DNA of 58,528 nucleotides from an uncultured Thiotrichales bacterium (GTDB lineage Bacteria > Pseudomonadota > Gammaproteobacteria > CAIRSR01), in NCBI GenBank assembly GCA_903824965.1, contig CAIJYR010000110.1, forward strand, positions 1-58,528. Reading direction: 5' to 3'. The notes under the pieces are model-generated. The model did no database searches. It was not told the origin of the DNA and saw only the letters and a list, made by a program, of their open reading frames with translations. Position 1 is the first letter of the stretch. Each line of letters opens with the position of its first letter. Made by a program: the position numbers and the translations under genes. Shown piece by piece: positions 7,383-15,300 of this stretch.

Positions 7383-9566
7383 GTGCGCAACCGAGCACAG
7401 AATCCCACCCTCATAGCTGGTCCGCGACGTCGGCCGTGGTTCAGTTTACGCGTCAAGGTCTTGTTCGTTTCCCTCGCGGTACTCACCATTCCGTGGACGG
7501 GATACGAGTATCTCCGGGAAATGGAGGTATTCCTCCAACACGGCCAAGAAAATGCGCTCCTGGCCACTGCACACGCGGTTGCTGCGGTACTGCATGATCG
7601 TCCTGAATTGTTTCAGCACCATGCAGACCTGTTGCGTTCTACACAATCAGAACGGGAGATGTTCATCCCTGCGCTTCGCAGCCCCATTGTACTCGATGGA
7701 CTTCTGGACGACTGGAATCCATATATCGCACAAGCCCACACCTATGCTGCCGACAATGTGCTGGAGAGTAAAGGCACATACGATCCAAAGTCTTTCTATT
7801 TTAAACAAATCATCGGAACCTACGAGCGTTATCTCTACACGGTCTTCCTGGTGCGTGATCTTAAAGTTCTCTATCGAGACCCTAACAGTTACCGATTGGA
7901 TCAATGTTCCCACTTGCAGATCGCCATCCAAGGGCCTGATGGGAAATTTTACCGCTACCGCCTGGCGACCCAAGCCCCGGGTTGGGTAAACGCTCACCTG
8001 ATGCCAGATAATCCCAACAACCCACTGCCGTTGCGTCCTGAAGTACGCATCAAAGGCGCTTGGCGCGAAACCTCCGATGGGTATGTGCTCGAACTGCGTA
8101 TTCCCATGTCGATGGTGGGTGCCCGCATTGCCTTTGCGGTTGCTGCGGTCGATCCCGCGACCCGTGAAATCCGAACGGTGATTGGCACCGCAGGTACACG
8201 GCGTGTAGAAGAATTGGGCGTCGTGATTGTTCCCTCGCCCGAGATCGAGACCATTCTGAAAGATCTGGAGCGAGGTACCACCGAACGGATGTGGGTGGTG
8301 GATCACAACAAGCGGGTACTGGCTTTGGCAGGTAGTCTGCAAGACGATATTTCCTCAGGCGAAGAACCGCGCAATCCGACCGCTGTACTGATGCATACTC
8401 TGTATCGGTTTATTCTTCCGCAACCGAGTGCGAGTGTGGATGATGATCTTTCGGGTGCTGCACGCCTAGAGGGTCAAGAGATCGAGGCGGCCCTGGCGGG
8501 TCATTCCCAGACCCGCTGGCGTCAACTCGGGGATCGGCACACTGCGATCCTTTCTGCGGCGCACCCTGTGCGTACTGGTAACGTCGTCAGCGGGGCCGTG
8601 GTGGTCGAGGAAACCAGCAATACCATTCTCAGTTTACAAAATCGGGTCATGGAAAACCTGTTCAATGTCACCTTGATTGTGTTTCTGACGGCAACCGTGA
8701 CCTTGCTCATTTTTGCCTCGCGTTTTTCGAGCCGTATTCGACGATTGCGCGATGAAGCGGAACGTGCCATTGGCCCGGATGGACGGGTGCGTGGTCGTAT
8801 CACGGGTTCTTTTGCGATGGACGAGGTGGGTGATCTTGCACGCAGTTTCTCCACCCTGTTGGATCGGATCAGCCAGTACACACGCTACCTCGAAGCCATG
8901 GCAGGTAGGCTCTCTCATGAGTTGCGTACCCCTTTGGCAGTGGTCAAGTCGTCGCTGGAAAACCTGGAGATGCAGCCTGTTTCCGACGAAGCGGCCATTT
9001 ATACCCGTCGTGCCCGAGAAGGCGTTGCGCGTTTGTCGTCTATTCTTTCTTCCATGAGTGAGGCATCCCGCCTAGAACAAATCCTGCAACGCGAAGAGGC
9101 CGAGGATTTTGGAATTGTCGAAGTCGTGACTGGTTGTGTAGAGGGATACCGCGTGATTTATCCCCAAAAGGCTTTTGCGTTAGAAGTACCCCAGGGATCT
9201 GTCTTGATCCGAGGGGTGCCCGAACTGGTTGCGCAAATGTTGGACAAACTCGTTTCCAATGCGGTCGATTTTAGTACGGGGGAGGATCCGATTGTTGTGC
9301 AACTCGACGTAACACGCACCAATGTACTCTTGTCTGTGACGAACCACGGCGCACATTTACCCGCCCAAATGGGGGAGCGGTTGTTTGAATCCATGGTTTC
9401 TATCCGATCACAGCGTGGCAATGAGCCACATTTGGGGATTGGTCTTTACATCGTCCGGTTGATTACTGAGTTCCATGGTGGCCTTGTGGAGGCGCATGAT
9501 CTGGAAGATCCGCCTGGTGCACAATTCACGGTTCACCTGCCGTTGCGCGTTGGGGCCACACCGTAA
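7383..9566 (+). CDS. sensor histidine kinase with large (about 380 aa) periplasmic domain
   Basis: TM1 is VKVLFVSLAVLTIPW and TM2 is LFNVTLIVFLTATVTLLIFASRF, followed by a HAMP-like segment. The H-box is RLSHELRTPLAVV. N, G1 and G2 boxes are KLVSNAVDF and GIGLYIV. It is translationally adjacent to the response regulator. Confidence 0.9.
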   Translation: MRNRAQNPTLIAGPRRRPWFSLRVKVLFVSLAVLTIPWTGYEYLREMEVFLQHGQENALLATAHAVAAVLHDRPELFQHHADLLRSTQSEREMFIPALRSPIVLDGLLDDWNPYIAQAHTYAADNVLESKGTYDPKSFYFKQIIGTYERYLYTVFLVRDLKVLYRDPNSYRLDQCSHLQIAIQGPDGKFYRYRLATQAPGWVNAHLMPDNPNNPLPLRPEVRIKGAWRETSDGYVLELRIPMSMVGARIAFAVAAVDPATREIRTVIGTAGTRRVEELGVVIVPSPEIETILKDLERGTTERMWVVDHNKRVLALAGSLQDDISSGEEPRNPTAVLMHTLYRFILPQPSASVDDDLSGAARLEGQEIEAALAGHSQTRWRQLGDRHTAILSAAHPVRTGNVVSGAVVVEETSNTILSLQNRVMENLFNVTLIVFLTATVTLLIFASRFSSRIRRLRDEAERAIGPDGRVRGRITGSFAMDEVGDLARSFSTLLDRISQYTRYLEAMAGRLSHELRTPLAVVKSSLENLEMQPVSDEAAIYTRRAREGVARLSSILSSMSEASRLEQILQREEAEDFGIVEVVTGCVEGYRVIYPQKAFALEVPQGSVLIRGVPELVAQMLDKLVSNAVDFSTGEDPIVVQLDVTRTNVLLSVTNHGAHLPAQMGERLFESMVSIRSQRGNEPHLGIGLYIVRLITEFHGGLVEAHDLEDPPGAQFTVHLPLRVGATP

Positions 9567-9573
9567 ACCGCAA

Positions 9574-9667
9574 GACTCTGACTTTCAGTTTGCCCCTCTT
9601 TTTAGCTTGCCCCTCTCATGGAAGGAGAGGGGGTGGGGAGAGGTGATCTGCTGGTTTTGAATGGATC
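9574..9667 (+). repeat. REP/MITE-like palindromic element R1 (subfamily GCCCCTCTCC)
   Basis: GACTCTGACTTTCAGTTTGCCCCTCT[TTTTAGCTTGCCCCTCT]CATGGAAGGAGAGGGGGTGGGGAGAGGTGATCTGCTGGTTTTGA. It contains an internal 17-nt duplication and lies immediately after the HK stop. Confidence 0.8.
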
Positions 9668-9774
9668 TTTTTTCTTGATCTTTCCTTAGCTCTACAAGTT
9701 GCTTGACAGTCCTCTTGATCAGAATGGTATAGTGAACGCACGATGCTGTTCAGCAAGACACAGGAGGGCGTTCC

Positions 9775-11985
9775 GTGGCCAAGCCGATCAAGATCAATAC
9801 TGCAAGGGAACTGGATGAACTGCTCGCACGCGCCAAAAGAGAGCGGTGGCAGAAACTGGGTCTTTTTGGGCCTGGAGCAGTCGAGTATCAGTTCGATCGA
9901 GTGGTGGGGGATGTCCCCCTTTACCAGCTTGGAGAGGTCATCAAAGACCTGCCCCAAAAGCTTGCGACCCTGACACATCTCACTGTACTTCATGTAACAG
10001 ATAACAAAATCGGCGAGGAAGGGGCGCGGGCGCTCGCCAATCTCTCCAACCTCACTTCGCTTAATCTTGATGGAAACAGCATAGGCTCTGAAGGGGCGCG
10101 GGCGCTCGCCAATCTCTCCAACCTCACTTCGCTTGATTTACAGTACAACCACATAGGCCCGGAAGGGGCGCGGGCACTGCTGAACGCTTGGTGCAAACGG
10201 TCGAATGCTGATCGTTTAGAAACACTTGATCTCCGCAACAATTCCATAGCAAAACTCCCCCTCCCTGCTGAAACCATTGCCTCCAAGGATGCACAAGCCA
10301 TTCTTGCGGCTTGGCGGACTGTCCTCGCTTCTGAGCAAAAGAGAAAACTGCGCCCCCTGAACGAAGCCAAATTGCTGGTGGTGGGTAGCGAGGCGGTGGG
10401 TAAAACCTCGCTCGTCCGGTATCTGAAGGATGGGAAGTCATGCAATCCGCAGGAAAAGAAAACGGAAGGTGCAGTGATTCATGAACGAATCGAGATCAAT
10501 GCCTGGTCGCACGATGCAAGTGGTATGAAGCTCAATATCTGGGATTTCGGAGGTCAGGAAATCATGCACGGAACGCACCGCTATTTTCTGACCCAGCGCA
10601 GTCTCTATTTGTTGGTTTTGGAAGATCGGCGGGAGGACAACTGCCCGATTCAAGATTGGCTGAACATCATTGCCAATCGTGCTGGTACTGCACCCGTCAT
10701 TGTGATCATCAATAAATCGGATAACGGAAAAGAGGCGCTCCTGCTGTCGCAGGATGCGATCAAACGTGACAATCCAAGCATTGTCGCGTTTCATCGAACC
10801 GCATGCAATGCGGATGAATGGTCAAAAAAGAGCATCGAAGCCTTGCGGGTACTGATTGCCAAGGCGCTTAAAGAACACCCATCGCTTGACGAGATTCGCA
10901 AGCCAGTTCCCGCAAGCTCGTTATGGGTAAAGAATGCGATTGCCAAGAAAGCCAGTGCACAGCAGGTTGTCTCCCTCCTTGATTTTGAATTGCTGTGCGA
11001 AAGAGTCCCCGATAGCGAACGGGCGGGCGATCAGGATCTAAGCACTCCCGACGAGCGGCGTGCCCTGCTGCGTTTGTTGCATGATCTTGGGGTGATCGTC
11101 GCCTATGGGTTCAAACCAGGCGATCGGGAAGTGAAGCGCAATACAGTCTTGCTCGATCCGAATTGGTTGACGGAAGCTATTTACACCATTTTGAACCACA
11201 AAGAATTGCGATTACAAAACGGCATTTTCCACAAGGATCAGCTCAATCAATGGTTAGATAAAACCAAATATCCCCTTGAACGCCACGAATTTATCTTGAC
11301 AATGATGCAAGAAGAGGATTTGGGTTTGTGCTTTCCGTTGTCTGGTACGTCTGATCAATTTCTCGTACCGGAGGGATTGCCCGTAGAGATCGAGGGTTTC
11401 CAGTATGACGCATTTTACCAAAAAGGTTGTTTGCGCTTTCGTTATCGCTACAACAAACTGCTACCAGTTGGGTTGATACCGCGTTTTATCGTGGAAGCAC
11501 ACAAAAAACTGACTCAAACGCGCATCTGTTGGCGAACGGGTGCTGTCTTTGAGACTGCACAGTGTCAAGTGCTGGTGAGCGCCGATCGTACTAAGCGCGT
11601 GGTGGAGATTGCTGTGAAGGGGCCGCCTACTCGTCAGCGGGACGCGCTGAACAGAATCCTGGATGATCTGGAGCAGGTTCATACCCTCAATGGCGATCTT
11701 GGCGTAGAGGCGCGTGTGCCCCTTTCGGAACAACCAGACGTTGATGCGAGGTACGATTATTTGCTGCTCTTAGAGGCCGAGGAGGGGCCTGACTGGATTC
11801 TTCGGCCTGAAGGTTCCGCTCGGAGATACACAGTGCAAGAATTACTCGAAGGCGTTCGTCGTGATACGAAGGGAGATCAGAGGAACAAACAGAATATAAA
11901 CTTTGGGAATGTCAAAGAAGTCACAATCATCCAGGTCGATGGAGACAATGCAAACGTGACAGGCAGGGATAAGAAAATCTCTTGA
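9775..11985 (+). CDS. ROCO-family protein: leucine-rich repeats + Roc (Ras-of-complex) GTPase + COR domain
   Basis: GTG start with AGGAGG 6 nt upstream. RNI-type 24-aa LRRs GxEGARALANLSNLTSLxLxxNxI lie at about 9950-10290. Roc motifs are the P-loop VVGSEAVGKTSL (10381-10416), WDFGGQE (about 10541-10560) and INKSD (about 10708-10722). The COR-like region at about 10900-11700 includes HDLGVIVAY, LLDPNWLTEAIYTIL and VPEGLP. Confidence 0.85.
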   Translation: MAKPIKINTARELDELLARAKRERWQKLGLFGPGAVEYQFDRVVGDVPLYQLGEVIKDLPQKLATLTHLTVLHVTDNKIGEEGARALANLSNLTSLNLDGNSIGSEGARALANLSNLTSLDLQYNHIGPEGARALLNAWCKRSNADRLETLDLRNNSIAKLPLPAETIASKDAQAILAAWRTVLASEQKRKLRPLNEAKLLVVGSEAVGKTSLVRYLKDGKSCNPQEKKTEGAVIHERIEINAWSHDASGMKLNIWDFGGQEIMHGTHRYFLTQRSLYLLVLEDRREDNCPIQDWLNIIANRAGTAPVIVIINKSDNGKEALLLSQDAIKRDNPSIVAFHRTACNADEWSKKSIEALRVLIAKALKEHPSLDEIRKPVPASSLWVKNAIAKKASAQQVVSLLDFELLCERVPDSERAGDQDLSTPDERRALLRLLHDLGVIVAYGFKPGDREVKRNTVLLDPNWLTEAIYTILNHKELRLQNGIFHKDQLNQWLDKTKYPLERHEFILTMMQEEDLGLCFPLSGTSDQFLVPEGLPVEIEGFQYDAFYQKGCLRFRYRYNKLLPVGLIPRFIVEAHKKLTQTRICWRTGAVFETAQCQVLVSADRTKRVVEIAVKGPPTRQRDALNRILDDLEQVHTLNGDLGVEARVPLSEQPDVDARYDYLLLLEAEEGPDWILRPEGSARRYTVQELLEGVRRDTKGDQRNKQNINFGNVKEVTIIQVDGDNANVTGRDKKIS
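10018..10178 (+). repeat. 72-bp in-frame tandem repeat (LRR units) inside the ROCO gene
   Basis: The 45-nt string GAAGGGGCGCGGGCGCTCGCCAATCTCTCCAACCTCACTTCGCTT is identical at 10018-10062 and 10090-10134. A third diverged unit starts at 10162. Confidence 0.9.
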
Positions 11986-12048
11986 TTTTCAGATTGCCCC
12001 TCTCCTGAAAGGAGAGGGGTTGGGGTGAGGTAATCTTCTGGGTTTGAC
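11984..12048 (+). repeat. REP/MITE-like element R2 (subfamily GCCCCTCTCC)
   Basis: GATTTTCAGATTGCCCCTCTCCTGAAAGGAGAGGGGTTGGGGTGAGGTAATCTTCTGGGTTTGAC. It starts on the ROCO stop codon. Confidence 0.85.
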
Positions 12049-12097
12049 ATTCCTTTTACTTTTTTCTTTGCGTCTCTTTTTTTTAATTCAAAAGAAA

Positions 12098-12192
12098 CAA
12101 AAAATCAACATCAAGAGATCAACCCCTCCCTCAACCCCTGCCCCAACCCCTCCCCGAATCATCGGGAAGGGGTTTAATACTACAGTCAAAAG
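12098..12192 (-). repeat. REP/MITE-like element R3 (inverted orientation; head-to-head partner of R2)
   Basis: ...CAACCCCTCCCTCAACCCCTGCCCCAACCCCTCCCCGAATCATCGGGAAGGGGTTTAATACTACAGTCAAAAG. It is the reverse complement of the family consensus. Confidence 0.75.
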
Positions 12193-12329
12193 AAAGCATA
12201 TTGTGATGCTGGGTGTTTCACGAACGGCACCCGTTTGTTATACTATGTGCTCTCACAAAAAACCAGCGCATCAAGTGGCACTTCGCCTGCCATCGCTAAG
12301 ATCAAACCATTACAGTAGGCCACACATTG

Positions 12330-15300
12330 ATGAGTCAACAGAAAGACAGTACACGGTATCAGGCCATTCTGTCCCGCCTACAGGCACTCATGGCAGAAGC
12401 GATGCCAGCGCAAAACTCCGGCGAGATGAACCTGGATGTCCCGTTCCTGGAGATGGGTGCCAATTCTTTGATCTTGATGGATGTGCAACGCACGGTAGAG
12501 AGTGAATATGGAATCACCATTACTATCGCCCAGTTCTTTGAGGAACTGACAACGATCGGTGCACTCGTTACCTACATCGACGAACAACAAGCACTGAAAA
12601 ACCCCGAAATGGTTGCCACTGCGGCTGCTTCGGTTGATCCGGTTGCACCTCCTCCGGTGATCACCACGCCAACGCTGGGCGAACCCGTCCACGCCGCATC
12701 GACCTATACGCCGATGACCGGGTTGCCGAGCCTGGGTGCGTTGGCCCCTGCAACCTTGCCAGTTGCAAGCGGTGCACTGGAGGCTATCTTCGCAAGCCAG
12801 ATCCGCACCACCGCACAAGCCATGAATGAGTTGGTCGCACGACAGTTGCAATTCTTGGCGCAGTCCGGTGTGTTGCCGACTTCGCCCCCTGTCACGGCCC
12901 TCCAAAAAGAATCCGCACCGATAGCCGTACAAGCACCACAGCCTCGTCCCAAAGAGCACACGCAACCAAGCGCACCCACCACCACCGACACCGTATCTCC
13001 TACCCCAAAAAAGGCCAAAGGCGCGTTGCAGCCGCAAAAGATGCTGTCCGCGCTCGAAATCCGCGCCCGTGGCCTCACCCCCACCCAACAGCAGCACCTA
13101 GAAGCACTGATCCGAGACTACAACGCTCGCACCCCAAAATCCAAAGCACACGCCGATCGCTATCGGACCGTCCTCGCAGACAGTCGCGCCGCCGTTGGTT
13201 TTCGTTTTACCACGAAAGAAATGCTGTATCTGCTGGTGGCCGGACGCTCACGCGGAAGCCGCGTTTGGGACATCGATGGCAATGAGTACATCGACATCAC
13301 GATGGGGCAGGGGGTGACACTCTTCGGACATCATCCCGAATGTGTCGAAAGCGCCTTTCAAGCCATGGGGTCGGACGGTGTCGGGTTGGGGCCGCGTCCC
13401 GAAAGCGTCGGCGAGGTCTCGGAACTGTTCTGCGAAATGACAGGCTTCGACCGAGTGACCTTCACAAACAGCGGCACCGAAGCCGTCATGGCCGCCCTAC
13501 GGTTGGCACGTGCCGCTACAGGTCGCTATAAAATCGTCATGTTCGAGGGCGCTTACCACGGCCACGCCGACAGCGTAATGGGCATGTCGGTTACTCGCGA
13601 TGGTGAAACGATTACACAGCCCGTCTCGCCAGGAACCCCGCCAGGGGCCGTAGCCGATCTGCTGGTCTTACCCTACGATGATCCTCAGACCCTAGAAGTG
13701 ATCAAAAAACACGGGGACACCATCGCAGCGGTCATCGTAGAGCCTGTCCAAAGCCGCAATCCACGGGTTCAGCCCCGCGAATTTTTGCACGCACTACGTC
13801 AACTGACCACCGACATCGGCGCATTGTTGATCTTCGACGAAATGATCACGGGTTTCCGTGCCCATTTGGGCGGCGCACAGGCTTGGTTTGGGGTACGCGC
13901 TGACATGGCCACCTACGGAAAAGTCATTGCAGGCGGAATGCCCATCGGGGTCGTTGCAGGAAAGGCAAGCCTCATGGATCCCATCGATGGCGGGCCTTGG
14001 CGCTACGGGGATGGTTCCTATCCGCAGGTCAATCGGGTGGTGTTCGGGGGTACGTTCTGTCAACACCCCCTGACCATGGCCGCGATGCTCGCAACCCTGC
14101 GATACCTCAAAGAACATTCGCCCACACTCCAAAACGATCTAAACCGCCGTACCGAAACCCTCGCCACCACCTTAAACCGCTGGTTTGCCGAAGAACAGGT
14201 ACCCATCGAGATCGTCTGGTTCGGATCTTTGTTTCGTTTTGAGTTTACTTCTAATCTGGAATTGTTGTTCTACCATATGAACTTGCGCGGCATTTTCGTA
14301 TGGGAATGGCGCAATTGTTTCTTGTCCACCGCCCACACAGATGCCGATGTCGCTGCCATCATTGCCGCTGTCAAAGACAGCGTGTTGGCCATGCGCTCCG
14401 GTGGGTTCATCCCCCCCAAAGCAGAACGCTCCGACCGCTATCCGCTCAATGCCGCACAACAGCAGTTGGCCGCGCTTGCACACATTACCCCAGAAGGCTC
14501 CAAAGCCTATCATCTGAACACGATGCTTGCGTTTCAGGGCAAAGTCGATGAGCGACGGCTCTCACAAGCGGTCGATCAGGTGGTCGCACGGCATGAAGCC
14601 CTGCACTCCGTGATCAGTGGCGATCAACAGTGCGTGTGTGCGCCCACAGGCGGACTGCTACAGTGTATCGACCTGCGCGGTGCCGCTGATGTCGAGGCCG
14701 CTTGTCGTGGTTGGTTGGCCGCCCATACCCAACAACCGTTCGATTTGACACAAGGGCCGCTCTTTGTCGCGCACCTCTTGCGCCTTGCTGATCAAGAGTA
14801 TCGATTTGTCCTGAAGGCCCATCATATTGTCATCGATGGCCTCTCGATGAACCTGATGATCCAAGAGATGGCCAATGTTTATGGCGCACTGTGTGCCGAT
14901 AAAACGCCAGCGTTGCCCGAACCGTTCCAATACCGCGATTATCTACAGTGGCAATCAGAAAACGCCTTTGCCGAATCAGAACGCTATTGGTTACAGCACC
15001 TTGGGGGCGAATTGCCGCGCCTAGAACTGCCAACGGATCGCCCACCGCCCGCCCTCAAGAGCTACCAGGGGGGACGGATTATGCGTCCGATCGATCGAAC
15101 CCTGTTTGCTGGCATACGCAAGTTGAGCAGTACGAATGGCGTGACGCCCTTCATGACCCTTTTGTCACTCTATGGATTGTGGCTGCACCGCCTTACGGGT
15201 CAGGACGACCTTATCATTGGGATGCCCGTTGCGGGACGTTCCCTCCATGGTGGGGATCGCTTGGTCGGGTATTGCACCCATTTGCTGCCGATTCGTTCTC

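Noticed and set aside
12044-12505. 153-aa ORF upstream of and overlapping the NRPS start. Similar cases are ORF 17793-18002 and the N-terminal extensions at 25822 and 40158.
   Set aside because: These are translations of the REP/MITE-like repeat elements (R2/R3, R5, R7, R8), giving products such as PSPTLPFGEGRAENQ and SPSPFPPEGKGLN. The true genes start downstream at conserved N-termini.
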